Shown here one piece after another: positions 54,001 to 63,000 of a stretch of 64,000 nt of DNA (position 1 is its first letter; each line of letters opens with the position of its first letter). A model generated the notes under the pieces. It ran no database searches. It was not told where the DNA came from and was given only the letters and a program-made list of their open reading frames with translations. The position numbers and the translations under genes were made by a program. The DNA is taken from NCBI GenBank assembly GCA_951406725.2, contig OX597824.1:36146001-36210000 (forward strand). The letters are read 5' to 3'. This stretch comes from Octopus vulgaris (lineage: Eukaryota).

Positions 54001-56168
54001 AGAGATGTATGGTAGAGTATGGGGTTTCGATGTAACAGGTTTAGGGCGTCTAAGTTCCTGCGTGCTGATTTTTAGGGCGCGTTGGATCCCATTGTCAATT
54101 AGTGACGTGGGGTAATCCCTGCTTGTTAATGTGCCCTTGAGTTCTTGTAGACGTAAGAGACGGGTGTTTTTATTGGAGACTATAGTGCAAATTCTCTTGG
54201 CTAAGTTGTAGGGAATGTTAATTTTAACGTGTCTAGGGTGGCATGAATTGAAAGGGAGGTATTGCTTGGAGTCTGTGAACTGGAAGAGATATCTTGATGA
54301 CTGCTTCATCCTTTGGCCCGAAACCGTCGAGAAGCTTAACGAATTTCACACTCTTATAAATGGGCTCAACACAAACATTATTTTCACAATGGAATACAGC
54401 CCTCAACAAATTCCCTTCCTCGACATCCTCATTAAAATTCACAACAAAAAAATAGAAACAGACATATACTACAAGCCCACAGACTCCAAGCAATACCTCC
54501 CTTTCAATTCATGCCACCCTAGACACGTTAAAATTAACATTCCCTACAACTTAGCCAAGAGAATTTGCACTATAGTCTCCAATAAAAACACCCGTCTCTT
54601 ACGTCTACAAGAACTCAAGGGCACATTAACAAGCAGGGATTACCCCACGTCACTAATTGACAATGGGATCCAACGCGCCCTAAAAATCAGCACGCAGGAA
54701 CTTAGACGCCCTAAACCTGTTACATCGAAACCCCATACTCTACCATACATCTCTACACACAACCCCCTCAACAATGAAGCTTTTGACACCATCCTCCAGA
54801 ACATTCCTATATTACAAAAGGACCATAGAATGAACCAAATCCTCCTAACACACGAAATCATAAAGAGCAAAAGGCAACCCAAATCATTGAAAACCATCCT
54901 AACAAATGCCAAAGTACTGCCAACCACAACAACTAAACCCACAGTAAACAAATGCAATAGACCCAACTGTGGTATATGCATCAACCTAATAGAAGGTCCG
55001 GAATTCCTTTTTAAACAAGGACAACGTTTCACAGTAAAACACAACTTCACATGCGCATCAGAAAACCTAGTATATGTCTTAACTTGCTCGGGCTGTAATG
55101 AACACTACATAGGCCAAACAAAAAATAGCCTCCGCCAACGCATGACTGTCCACAGATCCCAAATAAAAATACAGGAATATAGAAAAATAGCATTTAGTGC
55201 ACATATTGATACCTGTGCCGCACAACTCCATCCCAATTTTAGAATCTTTCCCCTCTACAAATTTAAAGACAATGCCACTCATACCCAGCGAATAACCATG
55301 GAATCCCACCTTATTAATAAATACAGACCACTTCTAAACACATGCCCCTAACACGAACCCACAACAAACACACTTACACCTGCACACACCCTACACACAC
55401 CTTTACCCAGATATTAACACCATGACACACACAAATATATGGTTCCACACATACACATAATTGAATACGGGTGCAAAACATCCAACACTATTTTTTGGAA
55501 ATGGCTGTAAATATTGACTTCACACAAATACGTTGCTTCCCGATACAGGCACAAGGCCAGCAGAACTATAAATATTGAAAATTGTACCCACACACACAAA
55601 CATATATACACGCGCGCGCCCCAACATACATATAAACACACACGCGCGCGCGCGCGCGCACACATACATACATACAGCTCTCCCTGTTCTAAACGAACTT
55701 ACTTATCCAGTCAAGCGGAAAATACACTCCCTAACTACGCGCTAAAAAGCTATTTAAAATATCCACATGACGTCTACTGACCAGCCTGAACAATAAGAAG
55801 TTTCAACAACACTATTTTCGAAAATTCTAAACATTCACGTGACCTCTTTATTATGGCCAATAAGAAATTTTAGGCGGGACACTAGCCAAATTTTAACTTC
55901 TCTGGAGCCTTTTTTCTTACCCCAGCACCAACTTCCATTCAAACATTCACGTGACCCCTTCATAATGACCAATCAAAATTTTAGGCGCGAAACCAAGCAA
56001 ATCCAAAACAACTCTGGAGCCTCTTTTTTTCCACATATAAGAGACAGACTCTAATCTCTCTTTTATATTTTGATAAGCGTAACAAATGCGCAACCGGTAA
56101 AAGAACATTCACCTAATTAAATTACTTAAATTACTTCAATTATTTGTCAGCATTTTCTTCATTTCCTT

Positions 56169-56241
<73 letters not shown>

Positions 56242-59200
56242 CATATATATATAGCATAATTAAATATCAGAATGAGATTGAAACAGTAATCGCTCAATAA
56301 TGTAAAGTATAGAAGCCATCTTATCATGGCTAACCACATTGGGGAGGGGGTGTTACTGTAGCTTTATAGCCCCAAGATATCTTTGTCTCAAGCTGGCTTT
56401 AGACACAATATCTGTGTCCTTGGAGTATTTGCAAAGGGAGGCCATCCCTTCCTCGCAAGCCTGAGTGATACGCTCGAACTAGTTTCGGGATTGTTGTCCC
56501 TCGTCAATGGGCGGTAACCACCAGGTAGCGATGAAAGAGAAGGCTCCTTTGCAAATAGATATAAGTTTTTCTAATGGCGTCTGCCACTGATGTCGAAAAA
56601 CGAACAGTAAGCATAATTAAATCTCAGAATGAGATTGAAACAGTAATCGCTCGATAATGTAAAGTATAGAAGCCATCTTATCATGGCTAACCACATTGGG
56701 GAGGGGGTGTTACTGTAGCTTTATAGCCCCAAGAGATCTTAGGAAAATAAATATCTATCATTACATTGTGCATCTATGAATGTTTACCAGGTTGAGTTAA
56801 AAGTTTTTTTTTAGTATTTTAAGCCTTAATTAACAGTTCATATGAATTACATACGCAAAATGTCTATTCATCATAATATATCCCTTCTTATTCTATTGTC
56901 TGTTACCATCATTGTGCTAGAAGCTCGTTTCCACTCTTATGTTATTTGCCTGGTTTGGCAGCAAAAAGCTCACTGCATCTGTTTTCAACCTCATCCACAT
57001 TCTTGAGCCCCAGTCTGTGTAGAAATGAGCCATGGCTTGGAAAAGGTGGTAATCTGATGTTGCAATGTCTGGACTGTAGGTAGTGTGAAGCAGCACTTTC
57101 AGCCCCTCAAGTTCCTCAAGTTTGTGCTTGGTCACATTGGCAGTGTATGCGGAGGCATTGTCATGCTGTAGGAGTGTGCATCTTTGATTGTCCAATGATG
57201 TGTAGCAGCCTTTCAAAGCATCATGTACTTGCTGCAGTTGTTGAGCCTAAAGGTTAGCATTCACTGCGTAACCATTTGGGACAAGCTCAGAGTGCAACAT
57301 CTCCTCGAAATTCCATCAAACACACAACATGACCTTCTGTTCAAACCTCTCTTGTTTGACAACAGGTTCTGAAGCCATGCTGGAATGAAGCCACTAATTT
57401 CTTTTATTAAGATTATCAAAATAATCCATTTTTCATTCCCAGTTACAATTCAACACAAAAAACGGGTGTCACAAGAATTTGCCAGCAGTTGTTTGCAAAT
57501 TCTCACATTGTTGAGCCTGGTCATTGGTCAGTTCATGAAGAGCATTTCGACATCATCTGTTCACAAGGCTGAGTTTATGGAGTTTTGTGAATCAAGTTCT
57601 ACCAACAATTCATGAGTGCTTATGCTTGGCTGATGTTCAACCATTTCAAGCAAGGCCTCTTCCACAAAAGAAGGCCTCCCTGATCTTAGTTTGTCTCCAA
57701 GTCTGGTGTCACCTTTCCTGAAATGCCTGAACCAGTTTTATGTCATATGTTCATTGACAGTTCCTAGGCTTTCCACACTGTTAATTTCTTTTGCCACTGC
57801 CCTTGCACTCATTCCTACTTTTCCATATGTAGCATAAAATAGCTTTAATTGTAATTTTTTCATTGCTCATTATCAAAGCTGTAGAATAAAGAATAAACAT
57901 TTAATGTTCATGTGCTGTGTAGGAAAATAAAGAATAAACATTTCATCAATGACTGGGCAACAAGTTGTATCAAATTAATCATGTAACATGGAAATACAAG
58001 CTATCAAAAATCATCAGGGAAAATCTGAAAAACGTTTTGCATCAACCTGATACATTCTATAATGTCAATAATGTCAATTAATTGAGCAAAACTGGAGATT
58101 TTATGTTAACAATTCCATAGCAACAAATTGACCCTTAGTTCTGAAATTTCAAAACAGCTGGAATAAAAATGTCTTGCATGGAAAACAGGTAGTGATTAGG
58201 GACAGGAAGAGCATGTGGTTGTGAAATAATGTTTCAATAATAAGTCTTCATTCAGTCTATACTAGCATTGAAAATGGTTGTTAAATGAATGAATAAATAT
58301 CATATTCATCATAAGTTCTCTTTAAAATCTACGTTATTTACTTAGTGATATTGCCTGTGCTACTTACTATACAATAGATTTGTGCTATTATTTCTCTTTA
58401 ATCCTTTGATATTACCAGCTTAATACAAGACTGACCATTTTAAAGTGTGTATATTTAAATTAAAATTGTCCATAATAATTTTGATGAGATTGCAGAATTG
58501 TTAGTACACTGGGAAAAATGCTTAGTGGCTTTTTGTCCATCTTTATGTTCTGAGTTCAAATTCTGTCAAGGTCAGTTTTGCCTTTCATCCTTTCAGGGTC
58601 AATGAAACAAGTACCAGTTAGCACTGGGGTCAATGTAATTGACTGGCACCTATCCCTGGAATTTCAGGCCTTGTGCCTATAACAGAAAGGATTATCATTC
58701 AATCCCTAATATAAATACTTTGAATATTCCTAAAATTACATCCCAAATATGACAATAAAACTGATAATACAAGTAAAATTAATTTATGGCTATAATAAAA
58801 CTTTTCTGCTATTCTTGATAATTTTGCAATATTTAGTATTATAGTGAAGGTGTCCGTAAAATTCCTACAGCATGTATAACTGTTGAAGATGCTGAGATGA
58901 TGGAGCGTATGTCTAAACGAGGTTTGTATCTCTATTTCAAAATAATTTTTAATCTGTTTTAAAATTTTGTGTTATAACTCCTTCAAGTCTTTTTTTGTCA
59001 TTTCAATTATAGATGACACCAGATTTCCTTCCATCTAACATTTGTACTTTGCATGTTCATTTGGATATGTGAATTTGTCCATCACCAAACTTCTCTTCTT
59101 TTCTGCTTTTTATCCTCCCCCTCCTCCTCCACCACTACAAAATCCACGTCGATGGATTTGTATAGGGATACCACATCCATGCTACCCACTATACATCCTG

Positions 59201-60943
59201 TCAGGTCGCAGGTGTTGTGTTCAGTTGTTGATCCTGCTGAGGAGATCTTCCATGCTATCACAAACATCTAGTGACATCTGGATTATGGGGCGCATGATCA
59301 TTGAGAGGAAGTAGGAGATCCTGTAGTTGCTAGCAATATTCACTCCGCAGACTGGTCTTGTTGGTGGTCCCGCCATTGGATTAGTGGTTATTTTGTGGTC
59401 CTTGCGAAGTCCATACAGCATCAGGATATCGTTGTTCCAGGCCTGGAAGTTATTGGCCATGAGATCCAAGAACAATTGTCCACATCATTATGTGTGCGTT
59501 GAGGACCTTTTCTTTCTCCTCATGCGCCTGTAAAGTTACTTTCATATTGGTGATGTGAGGTTGCATTGCCTGGATGTAATTCACCAGGCTGTCTGTTGAC
59601 ATTCTGCCAGACTTATCTGTGGGGAGGCATACCACCTCTCATTCCTTGTGCTCTGCATGTGCTTATGTAGGCTACTCATGGGTATATACTTGAGTTGTTG
59701 GGCCTCTGTCCTATTCTGTCTCTTAGTGTATAGTTCTAAAGTCTAAGTTTTGTCCTAGCTATAGTGAATTCTGCTTCCATGTGGTCACTAATATGTCTTG
59801 GGATGCAGACCCTTTTGTTAAAGGGTTGTGTTGTTGGGTATATACGGCTCATGTTGTAAGATTTGTCACATGTGTTGAAGAACTGAGTGTCAAGGGGGTG
59901 GGTATTCATGTTGCTGGTCCTTCTAGGGTTATCTTCCTCACTACCACTACTGTTACCACTACCACCATTACTGCTACCATCATCAACCCCACTACTACTA
60001 CTACCACCACCACTGTAAAGCTAGGAATGTAGTCTATAGTATATGATGTACAGAGGGACAGTGCAGAAACAAGACAATGACATGCATAAGGGAGACAGTA
60101 GGGAACATAGGAGAGCAGATAAATGAGCATTGGAGGGAACTTAAGGAAGAGAAGCACACATCGGTCCTATACCAGCACACCGAGTGGGAACACGGGGGCT
60201 CACTCAACAACAGGTACTCTTTTTTCAAGAAATTTTCTTTAAATTTAACCCAATTGTAATTGAGGTTGCTAATAAAATATCTGGATAATTTTTGGTGTTT
60301 AACCATCAATATTCTTTTCGTTTTTGGGATTCTGCATCAATTTTTTTTCCAAACTAATATCTAATTTGGTAATCTTTGTTTCCATTTCTTGCTTGTGTCT
60401 TCCTGACATCTTGGGCAAAGAACCTCACTGTGTACGCTGATAGGCTATTAAAATATACACAACAGCAACATTGTTCTTCTCAGTGCATGTAATATACCAG
60501 TGAAAACAATTTTTTTGCACTTCTAGCAGGGATGGTAAACCAAGGATCATTCTCAAATAATTTTCAGCTCTTTTTTTGATAATTCCCCATACTCCTACAA
60601 TCACTGGTTTTCTAATCACCTTGAGACACTACATTTTTTCAATTTCAATGGACAAATCTTTAGATTTTCTAAGCTTGTCAAATTCTTTTGCCACAATATC
60701 ATAATCACAAGGGATACTCATATTAGTCTATATACTGACCTTGTTGTTTTAGTCTTTTACAACAATATCCGGTTTATTAGCTTATATGGTTCTATCTGCA
60801 TGCACAGGAAAATTCTAAAGAACTGTTGCATTTTTTTTCCTTCGGTGATGCTTATACCACTTGTCATCAGCTTTGATTTTATAATGCTGACGTATTAACA
60901 CCACTGCCACCGCCGCCGCCCCCGCCACCACCACCGCCACCAC

Positions 60944-60991
<48 letters not shown>

Positions 60992-62116
60992 TATTATTAC
61001 TCATTATTATCTTATTTTTGTTGCACTGGGTATTTTTTCTTATTTCAGGAAGTAAAATTGTTGTAGTCTTGAAGATGTCTGCTCAAACACTTAACTCTAC
61101 TGATTCCAGAAATATTGTTGCTGAAGTTGTAGGTCACAAGTACCCTGAACAGGTAAGATCAATCTAAATAAGTACACTGAACAGGTACATTCAATATAAA
61201 TAAGTACCTTGAGTGGGTATATTTAATTTAAATAAAAACCCTGCATAGGTACATTGAATCTAAATAAGTCCTCTGAATAGAAAAGTTCGATCTAAGTAAG
61301 TACCCTGAGCAGGTATGCTCAATTAAAATAAAAACTTTGAACATGTACAAGCAATCTAAATAAGTACATTGAACAGGGTACATATTTAGAGTGAGTTGTT
61401 TGTGTCTATAAATAATAAATAGAAAAAATTTGTGAAATAGTAGAAGCAAAGACTAGAATTGAAGAGCCTTAGAGACAACCTAGCAAAAACCAAAGTCTTA
61501 ATAAGTAGGAAGGCAGACAAACCACAAATCCCATCAGGTAGATGGCCCTGATTGATCTGTAGAAAAGGCATAGGTATAAATTCCATAAGATGTACCCAGT
61601 GTAAGCTATGGACACATAAGAGATGCAGCAATATCAAAGGAAGGCTAACTGGGAAGACAGTTGTTCTGCTTGCAAGACATAATAACTAAATCTCCATTGA
61701 ATCACACCCACTATTTTCAAATTGGAAGCACACACTGGTTAGTGTGGTTCTATACACTATGGCTGAAATAAAGAACAAGATGGTCATATCTGGAATGCTT
61801 TTGATCTAATGTCTTCTCAAGCAGAGCCGACTATGGGTTAAACATCAACAAACAACAAGAACTTAAGAGTAGGTAAAGGAGAAAGAAAAGAAAAACAGTG
61901 GGAAGAGATATTAAATGGTTAATTCTTTGATTAGTTCATTTATTAAGTTCATTGATAATTGAATTAGTTCATTATAATTTGAGTTCTCAGCATCATCAAC
62001 TCTAAACTATTTTATGTATTTTTAAACAGACTGTTTTAGTGAGTGGCCATATTGACAGCTGGGATGTTGGTCAAGGAGCCATGGATGATGGGGGAGGTGC
62101 CTTTATTTCCTGGCAG
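40074..62116 (+). CDS. CPQ: Carboxypeptidase Q (plasma glutamate carboxypeptidase, M28 metallopeptidase); spliced gene span, 3' part beyond the window
   Basis: Eight GT-AG exons join in phase and closely follow recalled vertebrate CPQ sequence, from [24 protein letters not shown] through [24 protein letters not shown]. Confidence 0.95.
40831..40962 (+). CDS. CPQ: CPQ exon ([44 protein letters not shown])
   Basis: TTCTTATAG acceptor and GTAAGT donor; CPQ N-terminal similarity. Confidence 0.93.
42416..42477 (+). CDS. CPQ: CPQ exon ([21 protein letters not shown])
   Basis: TTTCTTTACAG acceptor and GTAAGG donor; GLENVH motif. Confidence 0.9.
44265..44641. mobile_element. hAT-type MITE
   Basis: TIRs CAGTGGTTCTCAAC / GTTGATAACCCCTG; the 5' TSD is obscured by a (GAT)n SINE tail. 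Confidence 0.7.
45478..45645 (+). CDS. CPQ: CPQ exon ([16 protein letters not shown]...[35 protein letters not shown])
   Basis: TTCCAG acceptor and GTAAAT donor; start of the PA domain. Confidence 0.95.
47633..47797 (+). CDS. CPQ: CPQ exon ([10 protein letters not shown]...[17 protein letters not shown])
   Basis: TTTTGCAG acceptor and GTAAGT donor; PA domain. Confidence 0.96.
48190..48236 (-). ncRNA. Variant-core hammerhead-like motif in the PLE 3' UTR; copies at 52653-52699 (-) and 56059-56104 (+)
   Basis: Element sense: TTGATAA-GCAT aacaa ATGC-GCAA-CCGG-TA-AAAGA; perfect stem II, palindromic stem III ACCGGT, weak stem I. Confidence 0.55.
48937..51291 (-). CDS. PLE ORF2: reverse transcriptase + Cys linker + GIY-YIG endonuclease (frame open from 51291; first Met at 51084)
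   Basis: [16 protein letters not shown] upstream of the Met, then [76 protein letters not shown] and E..LI. Confidence 0.96.
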   Translation of the reverse strand, partial: HQQTTPLPQPFFRHSTQIQANKITQDREEKHKLIKVINLTNTEPNPNLLNLLSKGLKFTPTPPRPNYYEMKEDITEFCRKLRLSEELFDQHNEDESLARNKSNYTPRKGRNKILDEFCEHITNFPYQHLHKPKPKPNLNKKEWEELNKLKNERSITIKEADKGSAVVLMETEYYINLALSTLENGTYYEKAEHYNQQKIMRNLKTLINPHKEELTNKEFNFITNFTSKTSLFYGIPKIHKSELISKACKEATNSVINVPSPNDLKLRPIIAGPACETHRLSNFIDTLLKPFLKHIKSYIRDDLDMLNHLPNTLLAEQTLLVTFDVVNLYSNIPHNLGIEAIQFWLDNYSNELPHRIKKEFILEGLKFILENNFFTFNNKFYRQKSGTAMGTKTAPTYANLVMGYLEITLYNNVLNQFGTTLHTHIEKNWKRYLDDCFILWPETVEKLNEFHTLINGLNTNIIFTMEYSPQQIPFLDILIKIHNKKIETDIYYKPTDSKQYLPFNSCHPRHVKINIPYNLAKRICTIVSNKNTRLLRLQELKGTLTSRDYPTSLIDNGIQRALKISTQELRRPKPVTSKPHTLPYISTHNPLNNEAFDTILQNIPILQKDHRMNQILLTHEIIKSKRQPKSLKTILTNAKVLPTTTTKPTVNKCNRPNCGICINLIEGPEFLFKQGQRFTVKHNFTCASENLVYVLTCSGCNEHYIGQTKNSLRQRMTVHRSQIKIQEYRKIAFSAHIDTCAAQLHPNFRIFPLYKFKDNATHTQRITMESHLINKYRPLLNTCP
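51222..52517 (-). CDS. PLE ORF1: 431 aa from the first ATG, coiled-coil-like N-half plus basic Q/N/H/R/T-rich low-complexity tail
   Basis: Intact long ORF (frame open to 52613); heptad-like segments [18 protein letters not shown] and [26 protein letters not shown]; overlaps the ORF2 frame by about 70 nt. Confidence 0.85.
   Translation of the reverse strand: MPTKTETTLINLNEEILQELKNINTNLSVLVNKLDSTNEETITGHKPSEIGDKLQTLCDTIHTFFTTTNPAKNKEEPCQIDSYKLKNHIIPEWNKSLRDRKFSFWKMIRNNNKAEIYEKWMNSTPLTLPRKIQLKAIPNEPEPQRRLRERMALERLKTEIELLKLRAQTNEERVKTIDEEILLVINNKAESLHIEKISKLWKDDCNKEELKSLQRWEKSAAWFLNYESTFKTDYSSNNPFIKMGKPGTQPHNYSTNPPTLNKRRKQHIEDVPSYPTSIRRNKNPGNSHHQNYINEFPSSRRRYTQQLNNYSNTLLTNKRGSHYQDRHNNIHTTRGQQGNFHFLNSHNTQQTHTTRYKHPRRPLISPQFITTQRNTHQHPQYRNTPFYPQPRTRTIFHNKEYNKHTGPPNTNRQPLYPNHFLDTAHRYRQTK
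55829..56032 (+). promoter_or_regulatory. Duplicated ~112-bp promoter-like module in the PLE pseudo-LTR (also at about 48260-48465 and 52725-52930)
   Basis: Each unit has TCACGTGAC (E-box), CCAAT and TTTTAGGCG(G/C)G (E2F-like; unit 2 contains GGCGCGAAA) at fixed spacing. Confidence 0.55.
56253..56740 (-). mobile_element. Small non-autonomous hammerhead-bearing element (retrozyme or PLE pseudo-LTR-like): 131-bp direct repeats with a 357-bp period
   Basis: Repeats at 56253-56383 and 56610-56740 are near-identical; a hammerhead lies between them; the left end abuts (TA)n. Confidence 0.7.
56471..56513 (-). ncRNA. Minimal type I hammerhead ribozyme
   Basis: Minus strand: CGCCCA-TTGACGA-GGGA caacaa TCCC-GAAA-CTAG-TT-CGAGCG. 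Confidence 0.72.
56787..58050 (-). mobile_element. Mariner (DD34D) transposon, degenerate
   Basis: [10 protein letters not shown] and [13 protein letters not shown]; imperfect TIRs YCAGGTTGA..AAAA flanked by TA; about 1.26 kb. Confidence 0.9.
58837..58921 (+). CDS. CPQ: CPQ exon ([28 protein letters not shown])
   Basis: ATTTAG acceptor and GTTTGT donor; [15 protein letters not shown] motif. Confidence 0.95.
59040..59645 (-). pseudogene. Degenerate RT fragment of a further PLE lineage
   Basis: [22 protein letters not shown] and [13 protein letters not shown] across frameshifted ORFs. Confidence 0.75.
60420..60895 (-). pseudogene. C-terminal restriction-like endonuclease remnant of an R4/Dong-like non-LTR element
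   Basis: Minus strand gives [20 protein letters not shown]...IPCD...[10 protein letters not shown]...LLEVQK. Confidence 0.65.
61049..61152 (+). CDS. CPQ: CPQ exon ([35 protein letters not shown])
   Basis: TATTTCAG acceptor and GTAAGA donor; phases fit both neighbours. Confidence 0.95.
61138..61390 (+). repeat. 32-bp minisatellite (about 8 diverged units) whose first unit spans the CPQ exon end and splice donor
   Basis: Units start at 61138, 61170, 61202, 61234, 61266, 61298, 61330 and 61362; consensus AAGTACCCTGAACAGGTACATTCAATCTAAAT. Confidence 0.88.
61440..61670 (+). mobile_element. RTE LINE fragment (Cys-rich segment of RT)
   Basis: NLAKTKVL...[37 protein letters not shown]; matches 13930-14070 (-). 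Confidence 0.8.
62030..62116 (+). CDS. CPQ: CPQ exon with zinc ligands ([29 protein letters not shown])
   Basis: TTTAAACAG acceptor and GTATTT donor; M28 GHxDSW and GAxDD motifs. Confidence 0.97.
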
Positions 62117-62684
62117 GTATTTATCTTAAAATTTTAATAATTCATTTTTACTTTGGCATTTTTACTAAAATATAAGTTCTGATAAATGTTTAACATCATC
62201 TTATTTATTTATTTGCTTTAGTTGTCATTGAAATATTTTTGCTATAACCCTTTAGAATTTAAACCAATCACATCCAGCTCAAATATTCTACATGTATTAT
62301 GGTAACTAGTCAGATCCAGCTTTTCACACCTACCCTACAATGTTATTCTAAAAATAATCAAACACTGCATTGAAATCTTTTAGCTATGATATAATGCATT
62401 ATTAATTCAGAATATTGTGAATAGATAAGCATTATATTTGACAGAGTAATCTGAATGCTAAAGGGTTAGTTTATTTTTATGGACAGAGGCATAGCAGTTT
62501 AATGCCATGTGATATTATATACCATACATAAAACAATTGGAGAATCAAATTACCTTCGAGATTATTTTGAAAGTTAAATGTCCTGCTGTATATTTGTTTT
62601 AGCCTTACTGGGGATCTTTTAGTTTCAGCTTAATTCTATCATGCTGTGTTCCCAGTATACCAGGAATAGCCTAGATACATAACA

Positions 62685-63000
62685 TGGCAGTCCTGACTAG
62701 GATTATGTTACTACTTTTTAACCCTAGGAAAACATCTTTTCCACCTGATTTATCAACACATGAAATATGTCTTAGATATACTGTAAGCAAGGGGGCTCAC
62801 TGCTCCCTTCTAGCCATTGGCAGTACCAGCAGACTAATGGTTTCTGGGTTATTTCACTTCCTCAGTGCTGGATAGAAGGGAGCAGTGAACCCCCTTGCTT
62901 GCAGTATGTCTAGGACACAGGTCATGTGTCAATAAACCAGCTGGAAAAGATATTTTCCTGAGATTAAAAAGTAGTAACATAGTCCTAGTCAGGACTACCA
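62685..63000. repeat. Foldback (palindromic MITE-like) element with ~130-bp arms
   Basis: TGGCAGTCCTGACTAGGATTATGTTACTACTTTTTAA...CTTCTAGCCA pairs with TGGATAGAAG...TTAAAAAGTAGTAACATAGTCCTAGTCAGGACTACCA; loop about 55 nt. Confidence 0.9.

Larger units (their letters stand above)
48080..56178 (-). mobile_element. Young Penelope-like retroelement insertion (Neptune-like): full unit 48080-52542 (-), tandem 3' copy/pseudo-LTR 52543-54277 (-), inverted 3' copy 54277-56178 (+), flanked by (TA)n
   Basis: Copies are near-identical (tandem period 4463 bp); intact RT and GIY-YIG; Cys-rich linker [10 protein letters not shown]; both ends run into TA microsatellite. Confidence 0.96.

Noticed and set aside
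61138-61390. CRISPR-like periodicity
   Set aside because: Contiguous diverged units with no unique spacers, no cas genes and a eukaryotic intronic context.
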